DNA of 64,000 nucleotides, taken from the NCBI GenBank assembly GCA_903882905.1, contig CAIRYW010000027.1, forward strand, positions 1,031-65,030, read 5' to 3'. The notes under the pieces were generated by a model. That model worked only from the letters and a program-made list of their open reading frames with translations, made no database searches and was not told the DNA's origin. Positions 45,486-55,793 of the stretch are shown one piece after another. This DNA is from an uncultured bacterium. Lineage in GTDB: Bacteria; Patescibacteriota; Minisyncoccia; Phycocordibacterales; CAIRYW01. The first letter of the stretch is position 1; the number at the start of each line of letters is the position of its first letter. The position numbers and the translations under genes were made by a program.

Positions 45486-46758
45486 AATGCCCAAGGTAAC
45501 AGAAAAATTAAAACTGATTTTCGGGGACAAAGCTCTAAGAATGAGAATTATTTTTACCCTTGTCGGCTTGGCAATTTTTAGAGTGCTTGCAGCAATTCCA
45601 ATTCCTGGAATCAACAAAATTGCACTTGCCAATTTTTTCCAAAATAATCAATTCTTTGGACTTCTGAATGTATTTTCAGGAGGTGGACTTTCAAATCTTT
45701 CTCTTGTAATGCTTGGAGTTGGTCCTTATATTACCGCTTCAATCATTATGCAGCTTTTGACTATGATGTCGGAAAAACTTAAGGCTATTTATCAAGAAGA
45801 AGGAGAAATAGGAAGAAAAAAATTCAGTCAGTGGACAAGACTTGTTTCAATTCCACTTTCTGCACTGCAAGCTTTTGGCTTTATGATACTTTTGAGTAAA
45901 CAAGGAGTTTTAACATCATTGTCTACTTCTGATTTTGTAATAAACATTATCGTCATCACCGCAGGTTCAGCCCTTCTAATGTGGATTGGTGAGCTTATTA
46001 CTGAATTTGGAATTGGAAACGGAACATCACTTATCATTTTTGCAGGAATTATTGCGGCGGCTCCGACTTCAATTGGTAGACTTCTTTTCTCATACGACGC
46101 AAGTCAACTTCCTCTTTATCTTGGACTTGCAGTTGCTGCAGCAGCAGTAATCTACGCAGTGGTCTTTATTACAGAAGCTGAAAGACCAATTCCTGTAACA
46201 TATGCAAAGCGAGTTCGTGGAAACAAAATGTTTGGAGGAATTTCAACTTATCTTCCACTTCGATTAAACCAAGCTGGTGTGATTCCAATTATTTTTGCTC
46301 TTTCACTTCTTCTATTTCCTCAGATGATTTTGCAGTTTATTAAAGGAGCAAGTACTGGTGTAATTTCTGATGTTTCGAATGTGCTTCTAGGCTGGCTTGC
46401 AAACAACTGGATTTACGGGGCTATGTATTTCTTTTTTGTCTTTGTTTTCACATATTTCTATACAGCAGTAACTTTTGATCCAAAGATGATTTCAGAAAAT
46501 CTTCAAAAGAGTGGAGCATTTATTCCAGGAGTTCGTCCAGGCGGGTCAACTGCAGAATATCTTGGTAAAGTTACTACTCGCATAACATTAGTTGGAGCTC
46601 TTTTCTTGGGTATTATTGCAGTTCTACCTCTAGCAATAAAAGCATTTACAGGAATCACATCTATTGCAATTGGAGGAACCGCTCTGCTTATCGTTGTTTC
46701 TGTAGTTATTGATTTGATAAAAAGAATTGATGCTCAGATTTCTATGAGGGAGTATTAA
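45475..46758 (+). CDS. secY: Preprotein translocase subunit SecY
   Basis: 10 TM. Conserved SecY segments (…GNGTSLIIFAGI…). Confidence 0.95.
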   Translation: MYLKMPKVTEKLKLIFGDKALRMRIIFTLVGLAIFRVLAAIPIPGINKIALANFFQNNQFFGLLNVFSGGGLSNLSLVMLGVGPYITASIIMQLLTMMSEKLKAIYQEEGEIGRKKFSQWTRLVSIPLSALQAFGFMILLSKQGVLTSLSTSDFVINIIVITAGSALLMWIGELITEFGIGNGTSLIIFAGIIAAAPTSIGRLLFSYDASQLPLYLGLAVAAAAVIYAVVFITEAERPIPVTYAKRVRGNKMFGGISTYLPLRLNQAGVIPIIFALSLLLFPQMILQFIKGASTGVISDVSNVLLGWLANNWIYGAMYFFFVFVFTYFYTAVTFDPKMISENLQKSGAFIPGVRPGGSTAEYLGKVTTRITLVGALFLGIIAVLPLAIKAFTGITSIAIGGTALLIVVSVVIDLIKRIDAQISMREY

Positions 46759-46767
46759 GAAATTCAG

Positions 46768-46960
46768 GAGCCTACTGGCGACTATAATTTCTTAACCCTG
46801 TTAAATAATTTTTCTTTGAAAAATTAAATTTGATAATTTAGTAAAAAAACTGCGATAATGAAAAGTTGTAGTAAAATAAATTGTTCACATCTCTAAAAAT
46901 ATCAAATTTATTTAACAGGGTGATGATTTTAAAAGCTCGCGCTGCTCGCTAAAAAATCAT
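46768..46960 (+). promoter_or_regulatory. Second full copy of the structured intergenic element (aggagc…ggcgactataatttcttaaccctgttaaata … tatttaacagggtg), ending in a terminator (gatgatttt…aaaatcatc + T7)
   Basis: The 5' 30 nt are near-identical to 28236-28265. A complementary 3' segment is present. Confidence 0.45.
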
Positions 46961-47077
46961 CATTTTTTTGCTTGTTTAGGATACAAGATAAATTAATATT
47001 GAAAATAAAAAACAGTTTAGCAAAACTGTTTTTTAGAGCAATGATAATTAAAATTCATTCTGGGGCAATTTTGTTAC

Positions 47078-47557
47078 CTAACGAGTTTTTTCTTTAGGAT
47101 GATCCAAGGATAAATTTATATCATTAATAATTTCATCAAGTCTATGGTTACTTTTTACATAATACTTACTTACACCCAAATTAACGTAGGATTTTATAGT
47201 ATCTGATCCTTCCGTATTTGAAACCACAAAAATTGGAATATTATTCCATCTTCCTCCATTAGCTTTAAATTTTTTTACAAAATCAATACCATTTTCTTTA
47301 CCAAGTAGATTGTGGTCAAGCCAGATAGCATCGATTTTTTCTAAGTCTTCAAGATAATCTAGAGCTTGTTTTATACTGCGAGCAGCAATAACTCCCAAAC
47401 CATTTGTTTCAAGCATTGCATCAAAGACCTGATCAACACTACGAGCGTTAATAACACCAAAACCATTCTTCTCAAGCTTTGCATTAACCGCTTCGAGCAA
47501 TGGTCTCTCATCTTCTATAACCAAAATTGTTTTCTTTTTTATTGATTTTTTTTTCAT
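47078..47557 (-). CDS. Response-regulator receiver domain protein (CheY-like) with an internal about 17-aa tandem duplication
   Basis: KKTILVIEDERPLLEAV…D.IWLDHNL. Duplicated GFGVINARSVDQVFDAMLE / GLGVIAARSIKQALDYLED. Confidence 0.7.
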   Translation of the reverse strand: MKKKSIKKKTILVIEDERPLLEAVNAKLEKNGFGVINARSVDQVFDAMLETNGLGVIAARSIKQALDYLEDLEKIDAIWLDHNLLGKENGIDFVKKFKANGGRWNNIPIFVVSNTEGSDTIKSYVNLGVSKYYVKSNHRLDEIINDINLSLDHPKEKTR

Positions 47558-47583
47558 ATTTTTTATAAATAAACCCTTAATTA

Positions 47584-48936
47584 TTAAGATAATTTTTTTA
47601 TCATCCCATTTACAGGAAATGACACAAAAAATTTTGTACCTCTATTTTCTTTGGGGGACTCGAACCAAATTTTCCCGCCAGAATTTTCAACGATTGATTT
47701 TACGATATAAAGTCCTAAGCCAGTTCCGTCAGTGTCTTTGTCGCGAACATTGTCTGCACGAAAGAGTTTTAAAAAAATCTTACTGTGTTGATTTTTTGGA
47801 ATGCCGTAACCAGTATCTGTAACTTTTAAAAGAACATTTTTTTTATCTTTTAAGGAAATTGACATTCTTATTTTGCCTTTTTTAGGAGTGTATTTTACAG
47901 CATTAGATAAAATATTTTGAACTACCATTCGTAAAAGCTTTGGGTCGGCATTTATTAGCGGGATTTTTTCTGATGAAAATGAAAAATTTATTACTTTGGT
48001 GTTAATTTGTGGTCTTTGTTCATCTATTACATTTTGTGTCAGCTCCGTTATATCTGTTGGTTTTGGTTCCATGGTAAATGTTCCAAGTTCTAGGCGAGAA
48101 ACATCTAATAGGGCGTTTACTAGCTCAACCATTCTCTGGTTGCTGTGATATACCTCTTCTAAATATTTTTGCTGTTTTGGATTTAGCTCTCCAACATCTC
48201 CAGCCAAAAGCATTTCTGCGTACCAGTTTACAGTAGAAAGGGGGGTTCGAAGTTGGTGTGAAGCGAGTGAAACAAACTCTGTCTTAGCTTTGTCAATTTG
48301 ACGCTCATTTGTAATATCTCTAAAAACTTTAATTGTACCGATAACTTTTTTATTTAGAATTACAGGCGTTACCATAATTGCTAGAGGGATTTTTGTCTTG
48401 TTTTTTCTTGTGTAATAAATAGGATCTGTAGTATTAGTTGCAACCGTTGTGTTAGTGTGTAGAGCAATACTGACAGGATCTTTTTCAAGTGGAATGACAA
48501 CTCCTCTTTCATCCTCCAGAGAGATAGTCTTATAGAAAACTTTTCCAACAACATCTGTACTTTTCCTTTCAAGCAGCTTTTCAGCTGTTTTATTCATAAG
48601 AATAATTTTTCCGATTTTATCGGTAGCAATCAATCCATCACCAATTGAAAGGAGGATTGCTTCCTCTTTTGCTCTAGCCATTTCTAGACTTTTTGTTCTT
48701 TCAAGTACTTTCTTCTCAAGAGTCTCACGAGATTTTTTTAGTTTTTCGGCAGTGATGAGAAGTTTACGTCTTACGTTTTCTTTTTCTTTAGCAGTTGCAG
48801 CAAGTTGTTTTGCCTTAAGACTAAGCATGTTTGCAGTTACAACAAGTTTCCGTCTAACACTTTCTTTTTCTTCAGCTAAAATTTTCAGTTTGAAAATTGT
48901 GTCATTTGACGTGGAAAAGATTGTTTTTTTATCCAT
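47584..48936 (-). CDS. Sensor histidine kinase (coiled-coil/PAS-like N-terminus, HisKA, HATPase_c)
   Basis: H-box LASHQLRTPLSTV. N, G1 (DTGYGIP) and G2 (GTGLGL) boxes. Confidence 0.85.
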   Translation of the reverse strand: MDKKTIFSTSNDTIFKLKILAEEKESVRRKLVVTANMLSLKAKQLAATAKEKENVRRKLLITAEKLKKSRETLEKKVLERTKSLEMARAKEEAILLSIGDGLIATDKIGKIILMNKTAEKLLERKSTDVVGKVFYKTISLEDERGVVIPLEKDPVSIALHTNTTVATNTTDPIYYTRKNKTKIPLAIMVTPVILNKKVIGTIKVFRDITNERQIDKAKTEFVSLASHQLRTPLSTVNWYAEMLLAGDVGELNPKQQKYLEEVYHSNQRMVELVNALLDVSRLELGTFTMEPKPTDITELTQNVIDEQRPQINTKVINFSFSSEKIPLINADPKLLRMVVQNILSNAVKYTPKKGKIRMSISLKDKKNVLLKVTDTGYGIPKNQHSKIFLKLFRADNVRDKDTDGTGLGLYIVKSIVENSGGKIWFESPKENRGTKFFVSFPVNGMIKKLS

Positions 48937-48941
48937 AGGTG

Positions 48942-49331
48942 TTATTTGTTCTCCAATATGCTTTCAATTTTTTTTACGATGTCATATAGCTTCCAATCTG
49001 ATTTAATTAAGTAATATGTAGGTCTGCTAGGTATTTTGTAATCTATTAGTTGTTCTTTACTTGCACTCAAGTTGGTAAGAATGATGACTGGGACTTTTTC
49101 ACCCCAAGAATCCTCTCGGATTTTTTTTAGTGATGCCATTCCGTCCATTTCTGGCATGATAATATCAAGAAGTATAAGGTCTGGATGTTTTGATAATGCA
49201 ATTTGTACACCTTCTCTACCATTTTTTGCTTCGATAGGTATAAAGTTTTTAGCTAGGAGAAAATCAACGAGAGCTCCCCGTAAGCTTTTCTCATCTTCAA
49301 CGATAAGTATGGTTTTTTTTGTATTGTCCAA
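48942..49331 (-). CDS. Single-domain response regulator (receiver)
   Basis: ILIVEDE…DLILLDIIMPEMDG…. Confidence 0.8.
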   Translation of the reverse strand: MDNTKKTILIVEDEKSLRGALVDFLLAKNFIPIEAKNGREGVQIALSKHPDLILLDIIMPEMDGMASLKKIREDSWGEKVPVIILTNLSASKEQLIDYKIPSRPTYYLIKSDWKLYDIVKKIESILENK

Positions 49332-49465
49332 TGTTTTGGATTAATCATGAATTAATAAAATATTATCTGTTACAACCGAGCCGTTGGAGCTTCTAAACCA
49401 TTACAACAAAGAAAAACCTATAAAATAGGGAGTAGGTAGACTTTTAGAATTTTCTCGTGTTTTGG

Positions 49466-49942
49466 CTATATACGGTTGTAAAGAATTTTGAGCTTTTCAA
49501 GTCCTCTGCAGGTTTGTACTGCGATTGTATTCTTTGACTTACCTGTGATGTTTGAAATTTCTTCAAGTGTGAAATCCTTCATGTAGCGCATAGTCATAAC
49601 CTCCTGATACATTTTTGGAAGTTGCAGGATCAATAGAGAAGCACCTTTTCCATCGAATATATTGGCAATACGTTCTGTATCGTCGTTACTGGGTTCATAC
49701 CCGGCCTCAAGCAGAACATCGAGAGAAGTAGATTTATGTTTTCTATATTCATCGATAATTAGGTTATTTAAAATGTGGTAAAGAAAGGCCTTCATTGTAT
49801 CTATTTTGCCTCCTTTGATGAGATAGCTCCATGTTTTTATGAAAGTACTTTGTACCAAATCTTCGCCAAGTGAATGGTCGTTTATCTTAAAAAAAGCATG
49901 AGAATTAAGAGATTTACTAAAATCTTCATAAGCAGCACTCAA
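49466..49942 (-). CDS. Sigma-70 family (ECF-type) RNA polymerase sigma factor
   Basis: Region 2 (…VQSTFIKTW…) and region 4 HTH (…LEEISNITGKSKNTIAVQTCRGLEKLK…). Confidence 0.7.
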   Translation of the reverse strand: MSAAYEDFSKSLNSHAFFKINDHSLGEDLVQSTFIKTWSYLIKGGKIDTMKAFLYHILNNLIIDEYRKHKSTSLDVLLEAGYEPSNDDTERIANIFDGKGASLLILQLPKMYQEVMTMRYMKDFTLEEISNITGKSKNTIAVQTCRGLEKLKILYNRI

Positions 49943-50315
49943 TATTTTTTTTGCTTGTTTCTCTCTTTTGAGTTGAGTGCCATATTGTTTAAGCCGGATG
50001 GACCGGTATTTGATTACGAAGTATTAAATAGGTATTTATTACTAGGAGTAAAGTCTCAGATATTTTTCTGCTGAAAAATTCTGCGACCCCGACTCGGCAC
50101 GTCTGCCTCCGTCTTTGAATTGCTCCAAGCATTCGCAATTCAACTTACACTTAGCATAGCACGTTACGTTATTAATGCTAATTTTTTTAATTGATAATAA
50201 AGCCTTTTCTAAAGTTTCGGTAATCAAACATCAGTTCTTGCGACACAGTTATGTAAGTAGGGTCGAAATAAAAAAAATATTCATCGAATTATAAAAACTT
50301 AATTTAAACAAATAT

Positions 50316-50675
50316 ATGAAATCAATAATCACAAGTATCTTAGGAATGGCAGTTTTAGCAGTATTACCAATCACGACTTTTGCTTCAACTTACCAATACG
50401 TAAACACAGATGGAAATGTTCAATCAACAGTTGCTAATAGTGCATCAGATGCATTACTTGTAAGTAATCTCGGGGCAAATAGTGGAGTAATGTTAGTTTC
50501 TTCTAGTAATGTTGTCTTCCAAACTAATGTACCAGTAAACACAATTGGAGTTGGATCAAACACATACGCTTACGTTAACACTAATGGAAATATTCAATAT
50601 GTAAACGCTAACAGTCCTGCGCAAGCATTGACAGTTTCTAACCTTGGAGCAAATAGTGGAGTAATGGCAATCTAA
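50316..50675 (+). CDS. Small secreted protein with two tandem about 50-aa repeats
   Basis: Signal peptide. Repeats YQYVNTDGNVQSTVANSASDALLVSNLGANSGVM / YAYVNTNGNIQYVNANSPAQALTVSNLGANSGVM. Confidence 0.5.
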   Translation: MKSIITSILGMAVLAVLPITTFASTYQYVNTDGNVQSTVANSASDALLVSNLGANSGVMLVSSSNVVFQTNVPVNTIGVGSNTYAYVNTNGNIQYVNANSPAQALTVSNLGANSGVMAI

Positions 50676-50720
50676 TTCGTTACGTATAATTTTTCTTTCT
50701 TTTATGTGTAAAAGACAATA

Positions 50721-50744
50721 AGCCGCCCCGAAGGGGCGGCTTTG
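50721..50744 (+). terminator. Rho-independent terminator (agccgcccc gaa ggggcggct)
   Basis: 9-bp GC stem + TTT. Confidence 0.6.
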
Positions 50745-50776
50745 AAATTTACTAATTTTCCTATAATATAGTCTTT

Positions 50777-51385
50777 ATGAAACCGCAATTATTTGTATTT
50801 TTCGGAAGAAGTGGCTGTGGCAAGGGTACTCAGACAACTCTTTTAACAAAATATTTAAACGAGACAGATCCAAACGCTGGAGTTTTTTATGTTTCAACAG
50901 GAGATGAATTTAGAAAACTGATTAGTGGCGATACTTACACAGGTAAAAAATTAAAAGATATTGTGGATGGTGGCCAGTTTGCGCCAGAATTTTTGGCGTC
51001 AATGTTATGGGCAAATGTTATGACTAGGGAATATAAAGAGAGAATGCATATGATCATTGACGGTTCTCCACGTAAGATCCCGGAAGCTCTTGTTTTTGAC
51101 TCAGTTGCCCCATTTTACGGCTTTGACAAGGTCAAAATGATCTACATGAATGTGTCCTCGGAGTGGGCAACAGACAAGCTTTTGAAGCGCGCAGAGGCAC
51201 AGGGAAGAAAGGATGATACTGCAGAAGCTATCGCAAAAAGGATGAAAGCTTTTGACGATTTTCTTTATCCCGTAATTCTTTCATATAAGAATAGAGATGA
51301 TGTAGATTTTAGAGAAATTAATGGAGAGCAGTCAATCGAAAAAGTCCACGCGGATATAATGTCTGTATTAGAACTTTCAAAATGA
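50777..51385 (+). CDS. adk: Adenylate kinase (divergent)
   Basis: P-loop GRSGCGKGTQ (Gx(P)GxGKGTQ). Position between secY and map. Confidence 0.7.
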   Translation: MKPQLFVFFGRSGCGKGTQTTLLTKYLNETDPNAGVFYVSTGDEFRKLISGDTYTGKKLKDIVDGGQFAPEFLASMLWANVMTREYKERMHMIIDGSPRKIPEALVFDSVAPFYGFDKVKMIYMNVSSEWATDKLLKRAEAQGRKDDTAEAIAKRMKAFDDFLYPVILSYKNRDDVDFREINGEQSIEKVHADIMSVLELSK

Positions 51386-52149
51386 GTAAAATAAAAACAG
51401 AAGCAGAAATAAAAATTTTAAAAGAAGGTGGGAAAAAATTAGCAAACATCTTAAGGACTCTTGCAAAAGAAGTTAAACCAGGTGTTTCCACTTGGTTTTT
51501 GAATGAGAAAACAAAAAGCTTGATTGATAAAGCTGGAGCAAAAGCCGCTTTTTTAAATTATGTTCCTGAGGGAGCTTCAAGACCTTATCCTGCTGTAATT
51601 TGTATATCGATAAATGATGAAATTGTTCATGGAATTCCAAATGAAAATCCAAAAACTTTAAAAGATGGAGATATTGTAAAACTTGATTGCGGAATTTCTT
51701 ATAAAGGACTTTTTACAGATTCTGCGGTCACGGTTATTGCGGGTCTTGGGGACAAAAATGCTCTTAAATTAATTCGTGCCACGGAAGAAGCTTTGATTGC
51801 CGCAATAAAAATTGCTGTCCCAGGAAGAAAAATAAATGATATTGGTGCTGTTATAGAAAAAATTGCAAGAAAGAGAGGCTTTGCACCCGCAAGAGATTTA
51901 GGAGGGCATTCAGTAGGGCACGCAATTCATGAAGAACCATATATCCCAAATTATAAAATGTCAGGTAAAAGCGCTGTCATCGAAGAAGGAATGGTTTTGG
52001 CGATTGAACCAATGCTTGTTGAAAAAAAAGGAGATATAAAATTAAATGCTGATGGTTGGACATATTCCACCAAAGACGGCGGGCGCGCAGCACACGCTGA
52101 GCACACAATAGTTGTTCGCAAATCCCGCCCTGAAATTTTGACTCTGTAA
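51382..52149 (+). CDS. map: Methionine aminopeptidase type I
   Basis: Pita-bread fold motifs (…DCG..YKGLFTDSA.T…, …GHS.GH.IHE.P…). Confidence 0.9.
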   Translation: MSKIKTEAEIKILKEGGKKLANILRTLAKEVKPGVSTWFLNEKTKSLIDKAGAKAAFLNYVPEGASRPYPAVICISINDEIVHGIPNENPKTLKDGDIVKLDCGISYKGLFTDSAVTVIAGLGDKNALKLIRATEEALIAAIKIAVPGRKINDIGAVIEKIARKRGFAPARDLGGHSVGHAIHEEPYIPNYKMSGKSAVIEEGMVLAIEPMLVEKKGDIKLNADGWTYSTKDGGRAAHAEHTIVVRKSRPEILTL

Positions 52150-52179
52150 TCTTTAGGTAATTAGTTATACAATTATTAA

Positions 52180-52896
52180 ATGAAAAACATGAATAAAGTT
52201 TTTTTTGCCTTACTTTTATTAGTCGTTATTGTTGGCATAACCATATTTACATATAATCCATTCAAAAAAAATGGTGAGACGAAGATTGAAAATATTGATG
52301 GGCAGTTATATCAGGTTCAAGATTATGCTCCTAATTGGGGACAAAAAGGTTTTAGGGCAACATCCACTAGTACTTCTACAGATCAGTACTCCGAATGGAA
52401 AACATATTCAGATGAAAAATATGGAATTAATTTTAAATACCCTAAAGAATGGGGAGACGTTTTGCCACACGATGAAGGCGATGGTATGTATGTATTTCGC
52501 ATAGCTACTGACAATAATAAGACAAGCAATTGTGTTCCTGTTCTTGGCCCGGATTGTAAGACTAGTCCAGATGTCTTAATTGCAATTCGAAAAGGAGAGG
52601 GTTTTAATCAATTTGTATCGGAGACAGAGTCACGCAAGCAAACCGATTCAGTTAAGAAAATTGTAGGGGGTATCACAGCTGTCTCTTATACATTTGTTCT
52701 ACCAATAGATACTCCTAGTATAGGTCCGCGTCTTGGTTATAATAAAGTTGTATTAGTTGGTTTGCAAAAATCAGACAAGACATTTATTGAGGTGGCTTTT
52801 ACGAGTCCAACGAAATATAAACAAGGCGACGCTCAGGCGTACAATACGTCTGATTTTGAAAATTTCCTTTCGACTGTTGTATTCACAAGCATCTGA
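52180..52896 (+). CDS. Hypothetical membrane-anchored extracytoplasmic protein
   Basis: N-terminal TM (FFALLLLVVIVGITIF). No recognisable domain. Confidence 0.4.
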   Translation: MKNMNKVFFALLLLVVIVGITIFTYNPFKKNGETKIENIDGQLYQVQDYAPNWGQKGFRATSTSTSTDQYSEWKTYSDEKYGINFKYPKEWGDVLPHDEGDGMYVFRIATDNNKTSNCVPVLGPDCKTSPDVLIAIRKGEGFNQFVSETESRKQTDSVKKIVGGITAVSYTFVLPIDTPSIGPRLGYNKVVLVGLQKSDKTFIEVAFTSPTKYKQGDAQAYNTSDFENFLSTVVFTSI

Positions 52897-52958
52897 GATT
52901 TAAAGAATAAATAGATTGCATAAAGAATTCAAATAATTTTGATGATATAATTTGAAGC

Positions 52959-55736
52959 ATGGAGAAGTCCTCAAACATAGAAATTACAGAAAAATTTTCT
53001 TCACCTGAAGCGGAAATTAAATTTCTCAAAGAGAGAATTGCTATTCGAGAGAAAGAACTTTCAAAAGATTTTGAAAATGTTGATAAAGACAATGTTATTC
53101 GTGAAGAAATACGACGATATGCTGCAGCGCATCCAGATGATTTACTTGCAAAAGGGCACAAGATAATTGCTTCAGAAGCCAAAGAAATTGCACTTGAATT
53201 AACACCAGAGACCCACGATAAAAAGATGGAAGAACTTTTGACATTGCTTTCCGAAAAGGGATTAAAAAACACTCTCTCTGTTGTTCAAATGATGGGTAAT
53301 CCACACATTCAAGACGATTTCCATAGGTTTTTAGTTCAGTTTTTTAAAGCTGGATTTTTGAATGAAAAAGATAAAAAAGAACAAGTTGTAAAATCACTTG
53401 GCTATACTTTGTTTGAAGTGGCATTTCCTGAAGATAAAAAAAGTAATGAAGAAAGCAAAAAACCACTTGAAGAAATTATTTCTTCAATGGAGCAGTGGTA
53501 CGAAGGTGTGCTTTCTTCAGGACAGAATGATCCAATAACTTTAGAGCTCGCAAATGCAGAAGGTTCAGCGGAAACTGTTTTTTATATTTCAGTACCAGAT
53601 AGTCTTAAAAATATTTTCGAAAAACAACTTCTTTCAGTTTTTCCAAAAGCAAAAATTTATGAGAAAAAAGATGACTATAATGTTTTCAATTATTCCGGAG
53701 TTTCTATTGCTGCCGAGGCACATTTGATGGGTAATCCAATTTTTCCATTAAAAATTTATGATCAATTTGATTATGATCCTTTAAATGTTGTTTTAAATGC
53801 TTTCTCAAAAATCGAAAGAGATGGTGAGGGTGCTTCAATACAGTTTGTTATAACTCGAGATAACGATGGTTATCTTGGTAGATACAAACAAGCTCTACAG
53901 GCAATCCAAAATGGAATGCCACTCAAAAAAGCAATAGATGTCCGCCATAGTTTGATAGGAGAATTTTCTAAGACTGTAAAAGATATTGCAAAGGGAGAAA
54001 TAAAGGCATTATTTACCGAGGAAACAGAGAAAAAAGATGAGAACAACGAGGTCTCTGTCGAGGAGATAAAAAGAAAAGTTGCAACACCAATTGTTCATAC
54101 AAACATACGTGTTCTTGCATCTGCTCCTACGAGAGAAAAAGCTGAAGATATATTGCACTCAATTGTGGCTTCGTTTGGTCAATTTGAAAATACTTTAGGT
54201 ACAACACTTATTTGGAAAGAATTTTCAAATAAAAATTTTGAGGAATTATTTAAAGAATTTTCTTTTAGATCATTTAATAAATCAAAAAGTATTCCGCTTT
54301 CTATAGGAGAAGTTACTTCTTTAATTCATTTCCCACAAGAAAATATCACTTCACCACATCTAAAGACTGCAGTTTCCAGAAGTGCACCAGCACCAGTCGG
54401 CTTACAGCAAGATGGAGTTTTGCTTGGAGTAAACAAAGATAGAAATATTCAAACACATATTTATATGTCAGATGAAGATCGTCTAAGACATTTGTATGTT
54501 ATTGGACAAACTGGAACAGGAAAAACTACTTTCCTCAAAGATATGATCGCCCAAGATATTCAAAGAGGTGCAGGTGTTTGTATGATTGATCCGCACGGAA
54601 ATGATATTCAAGATATTCTCTCAATTATTCCGCCAGAGCGAGTGAATGATGTCATTTATTTTGACCCTGGATATGCAGCACGTCCTATGGCTTTAAATAT
54701 GCTTGAGTATGATGTAAATTTTCCTGAGCAAAAAACTTTTGTCGTAAACGAAATGCTTTCGATTTTCAATAAACTTTTTGATATGAAAGTTGCTGGAGGT
54801 CCAATGTTTGAACAATACTTTAGAAATGCAGTACTTCTTGTGATGGAAGATCCAGAAACAGGGAATACTCTTTTTGATGTTTCTCGTGTACTTTCTGATA
54901 AAAATTTCCGTGAATTAAAACTCACAAAGTGTAATAATCCAATTGTTGTTCAATTTTGGCGTGAGATTGCTGCGAAAGCAGGTGGTGAGGCCTCACTTCA
55001 AAACATTGTGCCTTATATCACAAGTAAGTTTGACGTTTTTCTCGCAAACGACATAATGCGACCGATTATTTCTCAAGAAAAATCTGTTTTCAATTTCCGC
55101 GATATTATGGATAACAAAAAAATTCTTTTAGTGAATCTTTCAAAAGGGCGCTTAGGAGATATAAATGCAAATCTTATCGGCCTTATCATCGTCGGAAAAA
55201 TTTTGATGGCAGCTCTTTCTCGAGCAGACTCTTTTGGAAAAGATTTTCCTCCGTTTTATCTTTATATTGATGAATTCCAAAATATTACAACTGATTCTAT
55301 TTCCCAAATTCTTTCTGAAGCGAGAAAGTATCAACTATCACTTACAATTGCCAATCAATTTATTGCTCAGCTTGAAGATGATATAAAAGATTCTGTCTTT
55401 GGAAACGTTGGCTCGATTGCAGCTTTTAGAGTTGGAGCAGAAGATGCAGAATATTTAGAAAAACAATTTGAACCAGTATTTACTCAATCTGATTTAATGA
55501 ATATTGATAACAGAAATGCATACATAAAATTACTTTCAAAAGGCAGACCAGTTAGACCGTTTAGTTTGGAAACTTTACCTTTCCCAAGAGGGGACTTAAG
55601 CCGAGCAGACAAAATGAAAGAGCTTTCATATTTAACATATGGAAAAGATCGCAAGGAAGTTGAATCAGAAATTCGCCGCAAATATGAAATGGGAAGAACT
55701 CCACCTGTACCTCAACCTAATCCTTTTGCTTCTTAA
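52959..55736 (+). CDS. Large P-loop ATPase of the HerA/FtsK-TraD/VirD4-like (DUF87-type) superfamily with about 480-aa N-terminal domain of unknown function
   Basis: Walker A GQTGTGKTT. Walker B LYIDEFQN. SEARKYQLSLTIANQ resembles the E.RKYG..L.L.TQ motif of DUF87/TraD-type ATPases. Confidence 0.5.
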   Translation: MEKSSNIEITEKFSSPEAEIKFLKERIAIREKELSKDFENVDKDNVIREEIRRYAAAHPDDLLAKGHKIIASEAKEIALELTPETHDKKMEELLTLLSEKGLKNTLSVVQMMGNPHIQDDFHRFLVQFFKAGFLNEKDKKEQVVKSLGYTLFEVAFPEDKKSNEESKKPLEEIISSMEQWYEGVLSSGQNDPITLELANAEGSAETVFYISVPDSLKNIFEKQLLSVFPKAKIYEKKDDYNVFNYSGVSIAAEAHLMGNPIFPLKIYDQFDYDPLNVVLNAFSKIERDGEGASIQFVITRDNDGYLGRYKQALQAIQNGMPLKKAIDVRHSLIGEFSKTVKDIAKGEIKALFTEETEKKDENNEVSVEEIKRKVATPIVHTNIRVLASAPTREKAEDILHSIVASFGQFENTLGTTLIWKEFSNKNFEELFKEFSFRSFNKSKSIPLSIGEVTSLIHFPQENITSPHLKTAVSRSAPAPVGLQQDGVLLGVNKDRNIQTHIYMSDEDRLRHLYVIGQTGTGKTTFLKDMIAQDIQRGAGVCMIDPHGNDIQDILSIIPPERVNDVIYFDPGYAARPMALNMLEYDVNFPEQKTFVVNEMLSIFNKLFDMKVAGGPMFEQYFRNAVLLVMEDPETGNTLFDVSRVLSDKNFRELKLTKCNNPIVVQFWREIAAKAGGEASLQNIVPYITSKFDVFLANDIMRPIISQEKSVFNFRDIMDNKKILLVNLSKGRLGDINANLIGLIIVGKILMAALSRADSFGKDFPPFYLYIDEFQNITTDSISQILSEARKYQLSLTIANQFIAQLEDDIKDSVFGNVGSIAAFRVGAEDAEYLEKQFEPVFTQSDLMNIDNRNAYIKLLSKGRPVRPFSLETLPFPRGDLSRADKMKELSYLTYGKDRKEVESEIRRKYEMGRTPPVPQPNPFAS

Positions 55737-55755
55737 AATTTTTTAAAATAAAAAA

Positions 55756-55787
55756 ACCAGTGAGATTTATCTCACTGGTTTTTTTCT
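55756..55787. terminator. Bidirectional terminator (accagtgagatttatctcactggt + T-run) between convergent genes
   Basis: Perfect stem. A/T runs on both sides. Confidence 0.6.
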
Positions 55788-55793
55788 ATAAAA

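Noticed and set aside
48750-48900. Direct nucleotide repeat inside the histidine kinase gene
   Set aside because: It corresponds to a duplicated coiled-coil heptad segment at the protein level (…KE.VRRKL.ITA..L…). It is in frame and plausible for a sensor-domain linker, so it is not an independent element.
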